Shown: piece after piece, positions 1-13,551 of the stretch
Layout of the letters: every line of letters begins with the position of its first letter
Numbering within the stretch: position 1 is the stretch's first letter
From: Podarcis filfolensis
Lineage: Eukaryota
NCBI GenBank assembly: GCA_964270895.1
Contig: OZ185436.1
DNA length: 64,000 nucleotides
Direction: 5' to 3' (one strand)
Program-made: the position numbers and the translations under genes
Notes under the pieces: generated by a model
What the model was told of the DNA's origin: nothing
What the model saw: the letters and a program-made list of their open reading frames with translations, nothing else
The model's database searches: none

Positions 1-931
1 TTTGCTGTAGGGAGAAAATTATTTCATGCTTGCTTGAACTGAATGCAGTCAGTTACATATAAATGTGGTAGCATTTTTATCATATAGAAGGATGAGCCTA
101 ATTGTTATGATGAAATCACTATCAGTGCTGGCATTAGGCAGTGTGGTGACCTAGGTGAAGGATTAAAATTGAGCACTGCCACAAAAGGAACTTCTCAGCC
201 AGGTTACCTCACCTCATCCATCTCATAAAGCCATGAGGCTCTTGAAGCTCCAGTAGGACATCCACCCTCACAAGCTGACACCTCGGAATGTCATAGTAAT
301 CCACAAGGATTGATTTCTGATGTGGAATACTGTTGTTCCTCTGGTGCACAATTATACTCAGCTTTCCTTATGTTCTGATTCAATCTAATTTATTTTGAGC
401 CAGAAAAGAAATTGGCGGCTAGATACAAACTCCAGTAAAACTAGGCAGAGAGGATGAAAAAGAAAAGAAAAGAGGTAGAATGTGCATCTGAGCGCTGACA
501 CTGTAGGAAACCCTGTACCGCTTATGACCCCAAGTCGTCACAATATTGTCAGCACAACACTCCCCTCAATGGGATGCGCATTCTAATGTGCATCCCCATC
601 CACAGCCATACTAGTCAACACAGGTGCATGAGCCCACCATTATAATGCAATTGGTTTGTGTAGCTGCTTTTTCAGCACCCCATACCCTAAGCCACATAAA
701 TTGTTTGGGAAAGCGAGCATATCTGAGCTACTCCGCTGGTGTCCAGTGGAAAGGGTACTCCTGAATAGTCTGGTGACTGCTTAAGAGCATCAGAAGTATA
801 AACCTCTTTGAGGGGAGAAAGGCACAGGTTCCATGCACACCCAGCCTTCTACAAATACCATTCCTCAGCTCTCCCTGCCTCCTGGGTGTCTTACGTCCCT
901 CTGTATTTCTAGGACTAGCCATGGCCCTATG

Positions 932-973
<42 letters not shown>
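932..973 (+). repeat. (ATC)14 microsatellite
   Basis: Direct count; it produces the poly-D in ORF 728..988. Confidence 0.95.
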
Positions 974-1159
974 TGCTGACCTACCCACACTTCACAGCCT
1001 TTCCCAGGGCCTTTTCTAAGTTTGCGGGGGTATCTTGCCTATTGACTACTTAATTCTTTCTCTTTGAATCTCATCTGACCTCTATCTTTCCCTGTATGGT
1101 TCCAGAACTCCAGAAGGATGACCACCACTGCAGTTATGGGAATCTGTTGATAATCTCAG

Positions 1160-1322
1160 CATGGGTGTAGCCAGGATTTATTTTAGAGGGGGCAGGCTTT
1201 ATGTTTACGGGGCAGAGCCAAGTTATCTGTGACGCAACTGCTCAGTCAGTTAAGTATTTTTATTTATTTACTTGATTTCTGGGGCAGGTGGGTGGATGAG
1301 CTGTCCTCCTGCCATGCCCATG
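1160..1322. mobile_element. Degenerate non-autonomous DNA transposon (MITE)
   Basis: Imperfect inverted ends catgggtgtagccagg ... cctgccatgcccatg; superfamily uncertain. Confidence 0.5.
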
Positions 1323-1468
1323 AATCTCAGCCCCAGCCAGAGTTTCTCAAAGCTTTCCTCTTTTAAAGAATGGCAAGAAATTTCACACAATCCATTAATA
1401 TGTCTAGGCGGGTCAATATTTCTATCCTTCAATTTCAGGTAAAGGGTCAATTCTACCAGGTTACATAT

Positions 1469-1814
1469 AAAGGTAAAAAGGTAAAGGACCTCTGGATGGT
1501 TAAGTCCAGTCAAAGGTGACTATGGGGTTGCGGTGCTCATCTTGCTTTCCAGGTCATGTGGCCAACAGGACTAAACCGCTTCTGGTGCAATGGGACACCG
1601 TGACAGAAACCAGAGCCCACAGAAATGCCGTTTACCTTCCCGCCACAGCTGTACCTATTTATTTACTTTCACCGGCATGCTTTCAAACTGCTAGGTTGGC
1701 AGGAGCTGGGACAGAGCAACGGGAGCTCACTCCGCTGCAGGGATTCTAACCACCAACCTTCTGATTGGCAAGCCCAAGAGGTTCAGTGGTTTAGACCACA
1801 GTAATGCTGCCCCC
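1469..1814 (-). mobile_element. Sauria SINE (Squam1), internally deleted
   Basis: Reverse complement of the copy at 4205-4559, with (ACCTTT)-type tail (aaaggtaaaaaggtaaagg on +) and tRNA-derived head. Confidence 0.88.
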
Positions 1815-2049
1815 TTTTCTAAAGTCATATGTTTAGGAGAACAAGGAGGGAGGCTTGCTTTTTCGATTTGTTTTTGCAATCCCCCCTCGCCCCCTTCCTT
1901 AAATCCCAATTGCAATGTGCTATAAAATGGAAATGGTAGGTGGAAAAGATGCCTGCGAAGAGTTACAGGTGCTGTGAAGAGGGCGAAATGTCTCTCATCA
2001 TGCCCATAGCCAGGGGTAGGTGGGGGTCCTTTCCCTGATCCTTCCAATC

Positions 2050-2150
2050 AGTCTCTCAGCCTGACCTTCCTAACAGGGTTGTTGTGAGGATAAAATGGGG
2101 GGGAACATGTATGCCACCTTGAGTTCCTTGGAGCAGAGGTGGGATATATA
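2050..2150 (+). mobile_element. Squam3-type SINE 3' fragment
   Basis: tctctcagcctgaccttcctaacagggttgttgtgaggataaaatggg...gccaccttgagttccttggag...gtgggatata resembles the recalled 3' half of this family. Confidence 0.65.
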
Positions 2151-2593
2151 TATATGATGCTGCTAATGCAATTTTATTTAGTATGAATCAGCACTCCAAG
2201 ACCCTCAAACCGTGAGTTGGGATCACAGCAATCCTCATGGTAAACCATGCTAGTTGAAACAGTAGGGAAAAGCACCAACAGGGACAGCACAGGCGGCATA
2301 AACAAAATTCCACCTTGATTTGTACCTGACTTTTGTAAGCACTGATGCCTGAATTTCTGGCTTAGTCGACAGCATGTGAAATCAGCCCTGTGAAAAACAC
2401 CTCCTGAATATGCCCTTTGTGCCTTTTGTTTTTTAAAAAGTGCAATCCTGTGGTCTAGAAACTTGCTTTCCTTAAAATGTAGCCTACACTGGTTGGTTGA
2501 CCAGAAACTTTGCTGGAAGCCAAATTCCCAATGCATATGCACATGTGCATGAAGGTCCCTGCCCTTCATCGGAGGAAAGCATTTTGGCAAACA

Positions 2594-2608
2594 CTGCCAT
2601 CTACTGGC
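2594..2608 (-). promoter_or_regulatory. CTCF core motif (GCCAGTAGATGGCAG on minus strand)
   Basis: Exact match to the CCASYAGRKGGCRS consensus, in unique sequence next to a small CpG-containing patch (about 2645-2715). Binding not shown. Confidence 0.5.
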
Positions 2609-3746
2609 TACTGCACTTAAATTTACTAAACTGCCTCATCTAACCAGCGAGCGGAAACAAAAATGTTTTATGTAATTAACGAATAAGTGAAAGGTATAAA
2701 TGGTGGTCGCGTTAAACAGAAATAGATAAAGAAATTATCCAGGGAAACATGAGGCCTTTTAATGCAAAAGTGTGCATTAGTCTATTATATGACTCTCTTG
2801 CACACAGCATGGAAGTGCCAAACTATATATATTAGCTTGTCTAGGAGAACAACCTGTATAACTGCTGGGCATCTTGCTGTATTTTCTCACTCTCCTGGGA
2901 ATGTATGTCGGCATATTTTCAATAAAACACCTTCTTAGCAGTAATGGGCCACTGTTCTCATTTCAGTGGTCCCCAAGGTTTCGTGATACAGTATATTTAG
3001 CTGACTTGCAGTTCAAATTCACCTCCAGCATTAAAAAAAAAAGCTTAAAAATATACAGTCATAAAAACGCTTCCACACCTTTGTAAATGCAAAGAGAAGA
3101 GAGAACATTAAAGCTTTCTAAATGAAAGAAAATGATAGTTTGCATTGTTTCATAAATAGATGTTCTGTGATGCAGCTTGTGAGGTAAGGTAAGGACTACA
3201 CAGTGTAAGATATAGGACTGCACTAGACTTACTCATGACACACAACAAGAAAGGAATTTCTGAAGTAGTGCCTTGAGACTTCAGTATTCGTTTATAAGTT
3301 AATGGGTGTCACAATAGCTCCCCATGTACTGTATCTAAAAATCAATACAGCAACGGAAGACAAAGAAATATAGCTTCATAACCCCAAATTTTCTTACTCT
3401 AAAGTAGTCCTAAGGATAACTCCACTAACTTTCATGGGATTTGTCCAAGATAATAGTTCTAAGGTTAGCCGACTATTGATAGTTATCATATTTTCTAAGA
3501 AATTCTTTGGAACAAGTTTTCCACAAAAGACAACACATTGATGGCAGTTAATAAAATTGCTTCCTTATAGTCCTCTAATACATAGGAGACCTTTTCTGCA
3601 GTTACATCATCTCCAGTCATCCCTATGTAAAACACAACAATGCACAAACCTCATGGCTGGGCTAGTCAGGTTCTCCTCTTTTCCAAAAGAGGGACACTAA
3701 ACTGTAAGTCAGAGCTTTTCCAAAAGAGGGACACTACACTGTAAGT

Positions 3747-3944
3747 CAGAGCTTTCCAAATTTTTCATGTTGGTGACATACTTTTTGGACATGCATCATT
3801 TTGTGACGCAGCAATTCAGTTTTACTTGTAAACCGGAGGTTAAACTAACCCTTTTCCAGCCCCGGGAGGAGCATGGGGATCATTCCCGAGACACACTGCA
3901 GCTGACACACGAACAGGTCACGACATGCAGTTTGGAAAGCTCTG
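3747..3944. mobile_element. hAT-type MITE
   Basis: TIRs cagagctttccaaa / tttggaaagctctg; perfect 8-bp TSD CTGTAAGT at 3739-3746 and 3945-3952; same family as 63745-63950. Confidence 0.9.
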
Positions 3945-4204
3945 CTGTAAGTGTAAGAAACCAGCTTTTAACATTATATCCAGGGCTGGCCCAAGACATT
4001 ATGCTGCCTGAGGCAGGATGGGACCCCTCCACATACAGAAACTCACCACACCAATGTCCTCCACCACACGAGAGTAATGTGGTAGTTCAGAGGCCCAGGA
4101 CAGGCTGTCTGGCACCCATAGCTGTGCCCTCCAACAGAGGGAAATGGCTTTGGAGGAACGAGCCAGGAGGCTGCTGATACCCCCCTGCCCAGTATCTGCC
4201 ATCT

Positions 4205-4559
4205 GAGACAGTTGCTGTGGTCTAAACCACAGAGCCTAGGGCTTGCCGATCGGAAGGTCGGCAGTTCAAATCCCCACGATGGGGTGAACTCCCGTTGTTC
4301 GGTCCCAGCTCCTGCCCACCTAGCAGTTCGAAAGCACAAAGTGCAAGTAGATAAATAGGTACCGCTCTGGCAGGAAGGTAAACGGCGTTTCCGTGCGCTG
4401 CTCTGGTTCGCCAGAAGCGGCTTAGTCATGCTGGCCACATGATCTGGAAGCTGTCGGCAGACAAATGCCGGCTCCCTCGGCCTATACAGCAAGATGAGCG
4501 CGCAACCTCAGGGTTGTCCGCGACTGGACCTAATGGTCAGGGGTACTTTTACCTTTTTT
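4205..4559 (+). mobile_element. Sauria SINE (Squam1), near full length
   Basis: tRNA-like head with B-box-like ggttcaaatcc variant, body ctagcagttcgaaagcac...gtagataaataggtacc, tail ttttacctttt. Confidence 0.92.
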
Positions 4560-5934
4560 AGTGAGTTAAAACCACACAGTAATGGGGAAGGCAAAGGCCA
4601 TCATCTCAGGATTCTCAGTATGTCCAGGAAGATGGGTGGGCTACTCAAACCATTTTTTTTTCTTTTAATGAAGAATACGCTAAAACTCTGGTTACCAGAA
4701 ACTAATAAGGAGCTGTAATAATACAAATGATTAAATTTTCTAGAAAATGCTTTGCAACTTAATATACATGAGTAAAAATAGAGTGTAAATCTTGCTACCC
4801 AGCAAAAAAAAAAAATCTCCCTTTTAATCGCTTTACACCTTCAGCATGTAATAGTTTGGAAAAATCCTAGGATATAATTATATATCTTGGCTTGGCACGT
4901 TAATAGCTATTCCCTTCATTTACTGATTTCTTTTTTACTGGTCAATTTACTATTTTACTGTGCTGAGCTTACTGGCCTATTTCACAGGATCACCACCTTC
5001 ATGCAATATATGAGCTGGGGGTGGGGGTGGGGAGAGGGACAGTTTGAAATCCTAGCAAGAGAACTGAAATGCAGCAAACATGTGCATGCTAGTATGGAAA
5101 CCATGTATGTATTTGTATGAAGAGGGGTGGCAGATAGGTGTGTGTAAGGAAGCATCAAGTTCAGATGTTGAGAAAGACACAGCAACATGCTCCCAACCAC
5201 CACCTTGTCCAGCGCACCTGTGAGGAACAGCACCGAAGCTCTGGCTTCCATTTTAAACTAACCACAACTTGCTGTGATATCTGAACCTGGACAAACTGTG
5301 GTTAGTCTCAGCTAAGGTTTGTTAGAATTTTATGCTGCCATAGTCATACATCAGGGGGAAAGGGCCAAAGAGTCTCTGCTGCTGAACTGTGACCTCTGAA
5401 CCCCAAATATCCAGTTTTAGGAGGACAAAAGCACCCCACTGTGTGTACACAGTGAGGCACTTTTGGCACGTCTCCAGTTTAGAAAGATTCGCTTCGACAA
5501 AGCTTGCAGAATCTTAAGACTTAGTCATCCTCCTACCACATTGTTTTACGTAGAGTTGGACTTAGCATAGAGCGACCATCTGTACATCTCCTGGACTCTG
5601 AAACCCTTTGCTGATATGCAGAACTCCTTACCTAGGGTGTCTCTATCTGGCCCTGGAAATAATTATAGGGTGGCCAATGTCGCCCATGCCCTCCTCAGAC
5701 AAATTTGCAAATGGCAACAGAGCCACTGCTATTCTTATCATGTTACAAGGGAACTACTGCTATGTTCTGAGCTATGTGAATTTTAAAGGAGGCTGAAAGA
5801 AGATGCATAGTAGTCCCACCTTGGCACACTTATATGCTTGTAATGTAAGAAGGCATACCACCTTGGCTAACATGCTACTACACTGGAGTGTGCCTAGAAT
5901 AATGGTTCATTCTAGCCGTGATGCTCTGTATTTT

Positions 5935-6238
5935 CATAGAATCGTAGAGTTGGAAAGGACCCTGAGGGTTATCTAGTCCAACCCCCGGCAATGCAGGAAT
6001 CGAAACGAAAGCATCCATAACAGATGGACATCCAACCTCTGCATCAAAAACCCCAAGGAAGGAGAGTCCACCAACTCCCCAAGAGTGTCCACTACATTAC
6101 AGAAAAAGCTTTTACCATCAGAAAGTTCTTCCTGATGTTTAGTCAGAATCTCTTTTCTTGTGGTTCAGGCCCTATCCTCCAGAGCAAGAGAAAACAAGCT
6201 TCCATGCGACAGCCCTTTAGATATTTGAATATAACCTT
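5935..6238 (-). mobile_element. CR1 LINE 3' fragment
   Basis: tcatagaatcgtagagttggaaaggaccctgagg...tctagtccaaccc is the reverse complement of the CR1 (ATTCTRTG)n 3' end. Confidence 0.8.
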
Positions 6239-8303
6239 CAGCCAGGCTGTGCTTAAAGCAAGACAGATGATGTCAAAATCAGAGACCAAAAGTTTATTTC
6301 GAACGCAACACAGAAAGGAACATCTGTCTGTAATACGGCCACAACTCTGAAATGAAACCAGAGTTCTTTAATAGCAGCATCTCTGACCTATGTTTTACTT
6401 CTCCTTTGTAAGGCAGCCCCCTCCAGCTGCACAGCAACTTCTAGCTTGACCCTGGGCCTCTCTTTTCAGAATCCACTGATAGAAAAAAGCAAAATGAACT
6501 GGATTAACAGTGGAGCTTCCTGTAGTGCCCTAGGCTTTAGTTGGAGAGTGACCAACGCTGCTCAGCTGCAGTGAGATCTGAGGAGCTTACAGCCCGAGGT
6601 GATAGTATGGCTGGAGGCACTTCTTGTTTTACACTGCCTCTGTGGAGAACGGCAGTTTTAGCTGTTGAAATATGGTTGCAGAGCTACACCAAAATTCTGC
6701 AATGATGGGCAAAACTGGAAGAAACAAACTCATTTTTTTATGAAGCAACCTCTTGTGTAACACACAGTGATATCAATATAAACAAGCCCGAGAAGAACAG
6801 AAGCCGTTCTGGAAAATGTTCCACATTGAGCAGAAACGCAAGCATTCCTCATTAGTGTACCAGATCTGACAATCCCTAATGTTTCCTGTTGATAGATACC
6901 AGCATGTATTGACACAAGCTTCATGTGTTTCTTTTTGAGACTTGTGGTTTAGCAGTTTGTCAAAACAGGATATTATTTAAATACACAAAAGTTACCAACT
7001 GATACTCGGAAGATGAGATATGGGTGTGCCGCTTCTGCAGCTAAATTTGTAGACTGAGAAACTAATAATGTTACCCTGCTTCGTTTAAAATATTTAAAAG
7101 CCGTCGACAACCTGCTATATTTATATAATCAGCTTGGAAGACAAACATCTAAGCAAAATGACTGTCGCTTTCTATGAATTACTGAACATGTGTAATTCAT
7201 TTGCCAGTAATATTGTCTGAACTCAACTCCAATTAAACAAACGAAAACACCTGCTTTGCACATATATCTTTTGGTACCTCAAGGGGAAAGATTCATCAGT
7301 GTAACAATGTTGTACAATCTGGTTCATGTGCCTGCGCTAACAATACAAATTTATTGATTTACAAAAAAATACACAGGAGATGGAAACACCATTTAATCTT
7401 CTAATGCATTTCTTCTTTTTTTGACAGAGAGAGAGAGATGCTTTCATAAAAATAAAGAAATGAGTTTGCTTTTATAAAAATAAAGAGATGAGGTCTCATA
7501 GAGAAACTGACAACATTCGTGACAAGTCTTAAGTAGCATATTCCTGATATCAGAATTTTGTTTTAGCGACCTGCTAGTAATGTTTTTACACAGTTCTTCA
7601 GGGATGCTAGGAAGAATTGCTGAAGGCTGCATGCTGAGAAACAGAAACAGAATGTGTGTGTGTTGCCAAAACAATGCAGTTCGCGACCAAAAGAGCAAGG
7701 GAGGCACAAATTATCTTCAGTCAGGTGCCTGATCCTCTTCGCTGTTTGGTAATAATTTATATTGCATTTTGATTATGCAAAGATGGTAGCTAACTGCAGT
7801 TCATTTTCTTAAAAAAACCAAACCCAAACAAAACAGGTAACTGAGGCTGAGAGTGACATATGGAAGGTTACAAACAGGATTTATGGTGACTCTAGGATTT
7901 CAACCACTCAAATCAATGGACCACATTAAACCTCATGGAATAATTGAAACACTGGTGCTTAAGAGACTTTTTTGTGCACCAGAGGCATGCTCAGTGCACA
8001 ATACATCTGCAAGCTACACAAGCACCACGCTGATCCCTGCTAGTGCAAATATCAAGCAACAGACCAGCAGGATCAGTAAAAATGATGCAGTCCTGCCACT
8101 ATATAGGATGATGAAGAAGAAAGAGGATGAGATGCCACCTTGCTGAAGGCCCCATAAACTTTGCAGCCAGTTCTGCTCTGGCAACCTGTCCTAGCCATTT
8201 CTGTTTTAGCACAACGCTGGATAGTCAGCCATGTTGGAAGCTGTTGTCTAGATGAAACCTATGGACAGTCAGTAGTTGTATTTGTATTTCACTACCAGAG
8301 TCA

Positions 8304-8946
8304 TCACCTCCTGGCAAATAGAAGGGGAAGAAATGGAGGCAGTGAGAGATTTTACTTTCTTGGGCTCCATGATCACTGCAGATGGTGAGAGCAGCCACGA
8401 AATTAAAAGACGCCTGCTTCTTGGGAGAAAAGCAATGACAAACCTAGGCAGCATCTTAAAAAGCAGAGACATCACCTTGCCAACAAAGGTCCGTATAGTT
8501 AAAGCTATGGTTTTCCCAGCAGTGATGTATAGAAGTGAAAGCTGGACCATAAAGAAGGCTGATTGCCGAAGAATTGATGCTTTTGAATTATGGTGCTGGA
8601 GGAGACTCTTGAGAGTCCCATGGACTGCAAGAAGATCAAACCTCTCCATTCTGAAGGAAATCAGCCCTGAGTGCTCACTGGAAGGACAGATCGTGAAGCC
8701 GAGGCTCCAATACTTTGGCCACCTCATGAGAAGAGAAGACTCCCTGGAAAAGACCCTGATGTTGGGAAAGATGGAGGGCACAAGGAGAAGGGGACGACAG
8801 AGGACGAGATGGTTGGACAGTGTTCTCAAAGCTACCAGCATGAGTTTGACCAAACTGCGGGAGGCAGTGGAAGACAGGAGTGCCTGGTGTGCTCTGGTCC
8901 ATGGGGTCACGAAGAGTCGGACATGACTAAACGACTAAACAACAAC
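8304..8946 (+). mobile_element. Bov-B (RTE-BovB) LINE, 5'-truncated, about 640 bp
   Basis: Encodes the C-terminal part of the Bov-B ORF (EIKRRLLLGRKAMTNL...RIDAFELWCWRRLLRVPWTARRSN), has a (CAA)n tail, and is flanked by direct repeat CAGAGTCA (8296-8303 / 8949-8956). Confidence 0.95.
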
Positions 8947-9129
8947 AGCAGAGTCAATGATTTGGCATAGTGAGGAAGCTCAGCTTGTACGAGAGCGCAT
9001 GAGTGCATATATTTCAGTTTCTGGCATACAAAAAATGTGGGTAACCAAAAAATGTGCAAATGCCAGCAATCCCGCCTCCTGTAGCACCATGGAAATAGAA
9101 TTCAGAAAGACCCTTCATTTCCTCCAATA

Positions 9130-9380
9130 TAGTCATACCTTGGTTGTTGAACACCCTGGAACTCAGACGTTTTGGTTCCCGAATGCCTCAAACCTGGAAG
9201 TGATTGTTCCGGTTTGCAAACGTTCTTTGGGAACCCACACATCTGACGGGGCTTCCGCGGCTTCTGATTGGCTGCAGGAGCTTCCTGCAGCCGATCAGAA
9301 GCCGCAATTTGGTTTTCAAATATTTTGGAAGTCAAACGGACTTCCGCAATGGATTCTGTTGGACTTCCAAGGTGTGACTG
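9130..9380. mobile_element. Tc1/mariner (Tigger-like) MITE
   Basis: TIR-like ends tagtcataccttgg / ccaaggtgtgactg flanked by TA on both sides. Confidence 0.8.
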
Positions 9381-12300
9381 TACTGCATTTCATTGTGGCT
9401 TCTATCCATGCTGTGTTCCAAGATCTCAAGATTCAGACAAACCTGCATTAGAAGTACAGATTCTACTCTTTGAGCAATGGCTCAAGCAATGTAATTTCAT
9501 AGATCCTGCTTCCTCATGTCTTCCATTCCATTCTCTCATCTCACATCCAACTTGGCCTTAATGCTACCTGTCAAGTTACTACCAGTGTTTCAGGAATGCT
9601 CTGTCAGAGTCTTTGTAGTTCAGCAAATTCCCATTTCCCACCCTCTAACAGCCTGTAATCAAGAAGCCATCTACCACCTCCCTGCAAAGACACTTACAGC
9701 TAACTACTCTTCATGTCTTCTTTTCAAAGTTTGATGAACACAGTCGCTGAAACAGTGGTTTTGATATAAACAAGTGCTCTTTCTGTGGCAAAAGTGGGTG
9801 GAAGGGTCACATGTCGTGTCAGCCAGTAAGTGGGTGACCTGAATACTCAACCAAGGTCCCTTGAACAAAGTTCCAATAAGGTTTCCATGCAAGAAAGGTG
9901 ATCAACATCTGCCAACACCTACTCTATCACCGAAGAGTGATTGTGCTGAGATGTGGACTTGATATCCGCTGCATTTCCAATCACCTATTGAAAGATGATT
10001 ATGACTGAGGTTATCAAATGTGCTCCTGGATAGGGCTCCTGCTTCTTTAGGAGCTCTAAGATGGGGGGAAGTTCGTAAAGTGCAACTCCTCCCATCAAGG
10101 AATCAGTAATAATCAGAGAAGATGTGTCTCCCAAATATCACTATGGTGTGCAATGTATCAAAGACACAGAAGCCCTGACCAGTTTGAAAGTGGCACTAAG
10201 CTACTCTCTGCCTACACACAGTGCATGGAGACTGAATAAATAACAACCTTGTGCAAGCGTGGTACCTCAAAGTGTGTGCTGGATCTGGCCCTGAGAAATA
10301 AGGGTTCAAATCCCATGAAATTTCTGGGTAGCCCGGATGCAAACTAGCAAACATAGGAAGTGTCACATAGCTTCGGAGTTGTGAGGTTGATTTGAAAAGC
10401 CTGCCAAGTGACTGATATGCAGTGAAACCACTGTATAAACTCCTCCTGAAAACAAGGTCTAAGGTTGGATTACGGCTTACCAGCATCTTCTTGTGTGAAT
10501 CCTCTCCCAGCCAATATACACTAACTGCCTATTGTATCCATCTTAACTGACATCAATCTGGCAGATAAATCCTATATAGAATGCCCATTTTTTATTTTTA
10601 AAAAATCCCATTAAATCCCATATTTTCCATTTCTTCTGCCCAATTCAGCTCTTACTCTCCCATCCTATTCCCCCCCCCCACCAGCCACATCTTCAACACA
10701 CTTCTCTTACAACAATTCCTGCCCAACTACTGCTTTTTCTATCCCAGGTCTCCTCTGAACAATCTGTCCTCTCCTCCCCACAAGCACTATTTTGGGCATT
10801 CTCCCACCTGCCCCCCCAACCAAGTTGAGGTTGGGGGCACAAGGGAACCAGAGGGGAAAAGCCCCATTACACTAGTGGAAGTCCTTGCATGGGCATCCAC
10901 TAGAGGGGCCAGTGAGTTGAATCTGGCCCTTGTCTCTCTGTCCATGCAGTTTGATTTCACCATCAGGCGACTGACAGAGTGGACAGCTAAGCTGGTCTGC
11001 AAGTAGTGGGGAGAATAAGAATCTGGTCTGCTGGCCAAATCCTGTTCCCAACCCCATATCACAATTAAGCTATTTAAGCAATTTAAATAAAATGTGTACA
11101 GAACCGTGTGTGGGTGTGTGTTAGAGAACCTTACTAATGGCCAAAGCTATCAAACAATAATGCTGAAAGTCTCACACTTCTGGAGTCAGGATGTTCGGCT
11201 GCTGCAATGGCTTTTGAAACGAAACCCCAATTGCCAAAGCTAAGTGTGGTATTTCATAAGAGAGAGGGCCCCTCCAAGTCACTTGCAGGGAACTAGAAAC
11301 TCAACGTATCTGCAGCTGTCACCATTGTTGGTCTGCGGCAGCTCTCAACAAGAGAAAACATTCTGAATTTCTTCCTAGGGCTGATGCAACTAAGGAAGCT
11401 GTTAAGTGAGCAACAAGTTGGAAGTTCCTTAAAAAAAAGGAAGAATAGTGGCTGCATCCAGCTGCTCTTTCTTATGCTGTGCAGCTGCCATCTACTGAGA
11501 TGTGAACAACTTTATTGCATTCTGAAAGCAATGCATAGTATCTGTGTATATATGTGTGTGCGCGCATGTATGAGAGAGATGTGTCAGTGCCCTTGGCATA
11601 CTATGCGAGATAAAAAGCTTGTTGAGACTGTTAACTCAGAAATGCATGTCACTACTATGGGTTTATAAACAGTCTTTCATCCTAATCTCATGTACATGTA
11701 GTGTGGTGGTGTGGACACCCAGGCTCCACAGAACGATGCAAGGCAACATTACAAAATACATTGTTTTAGGCTGCTATGTATTACCCACGAATGAAAAACA
11801 CAAGTACATGTAGGCAGACAGGCTGGTAGCTTTTGCTAGACGGAAATACTTCCACCTAAAAGAGACCAGAGGTTCTCTTTAACTACTGATAAATGGATGC
11901 TAAAGAATATCCTGCTCATAACGGGAGCTCTTCTCTTGCTCTCCACATCATGTAGATTTGGAATGTGTTATTCATGAACCAGCCCTTGTGTTGCCTTTAA
12001 CATATAGTGGCTCTGCAGTCAACTACTAATGCAATGTCCTAATGATTTCTCTTTCCCCTGATTATGGTGAGAAGGTACAGGATCAGGGAAAAACTACTAA
12101 GTGGATCTGGAAGATGAGAGGTAAATTTGACCATGGCTAGCCAGGCACAAACGTACATCTGTTTTATACCAATTTTACTGCCACGACATCTCCCAAAGTA
12201 TCCTGGGTACTGAAGTTAAAGAAAGACATGAGAATTCTGTTAGATACTCCTGGTCCCACTCACAGAACTACAGTCACCATGTTTTGTGGGAATAATGAAT

Positions 12301-13551
12301 CAGTTTAAGTCACTAGATAAGTCCAACACTGCAAAAACTGGTGAACCAAAGGAGCCAGCAATCCTCATATGTGGCTGTTAAGTGGCATGTGAATTATTCT
12401 TTTCAAAGGACTGGCTGTGACAAGTTTAAATAAATAGAGCTATACCTGAGGGCACAGGAACAAATGAAGAAGCTACAGCAAAGGGGGGCATTTTTAAAAG
12501 CCACTTAAACAAGAGGCTTATTGTTCACATCTCCAGACGAGTCAAATGATGATAAATATTGAGTACAGGAAGTTAATCTGTATCCGCACTGTTTGAATAA
12601 ACATAGAGTTAAAAGGAAAATCAATGCTGAACCTTGACTCTTGCCAAGATTTCTTTTCTTTCCTTCTTTTTTACTTGCTGGTCCTTAGTCACATTGTGCT
12701 TTATTGGGGCCTTTTCTTTATACCATCTTGTCTGTCTTTTCCATCTTGTCCTTACGATCTTGTCTTCCTGTGTAAATTTCTGTTCCACAGCAAAAGGGCA
12801 CAAAAAGGGGCTATAATACTGCGAAGAGTCACAAACCAATAAAGACAGGTCATTTGTGCTCTTCTCCAAAATTTAGCAGGATGCGGTCTATAACCTTTGC
12901 AGATATCCTCTAATTCAGGGCTGGGAAGCCTGTTGGCCTTCCAAGTGCTGCTGTACTCCATCTCTCATCCAGAATGGCCAGTGGATAGGGGTGATGGGAG
13001 TTGTGGTTGTGGCTCAGCACTTATGGCCACAGGCTCCCCACTCTTGTTCTATGTTCATCTCACGTTTGCTGCTCAATGCAGCCTACTGGAAAGGCTTCCC
13101 ACTAGAGCAGGGCTGCACAATGGAAACATGGTCCAGACATGCATGGTGACTAGTCCATCCCCCCCTCCATGTTTTTGCATTCTCAGGAAGGCAGTAAAAA
13201 GAGGTTTATCATGCCCCACTTGGATGCTGGGTTGTGTTTGGCTTCACAAGTAGTGCAGGCCCTAAAAGAGGATATTAGTAATCACAGCAAGCCCCTAACC
13301 CAGTAACAAGTCCTCATCCACTTCTCAAGCTCTCACAAAGTGCCAGCTAGAAGCTGTGACAACTAAGCAGTAGTAAATAATTCAAATGTACAGCTTGGAA
13401 TGAACACTGGAAGAAATTATGCGTTATCTCAGCTTTATCATGCTAGTTTTTCATTCTAACCCGAAATATTGACGTTCACCTACACTGGACACCAATAACT
13501 ACAGAGAAACAAAAACTTACTAGCTGATGATTTAATTGTTCATTTTCTACA

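Noticed and set aside
728-988. ORF with poly-Asp
   Set aside because: Produced by a pure (ATC)14 microsatellite with no synonymous interruptions or exon context.
8276-8926. 216-aa ORF, the longest N-free ORF on the plus strand
   Set aside because: It is the C-terminal remnant of a 5'-truncated Bov-B ORF with no promoter or RT core. It is not a host gene.
10897-10911. CTCF-like CCACTAGAGGGGCC
   Set aside because: It mismatches the invariant GGC core position.
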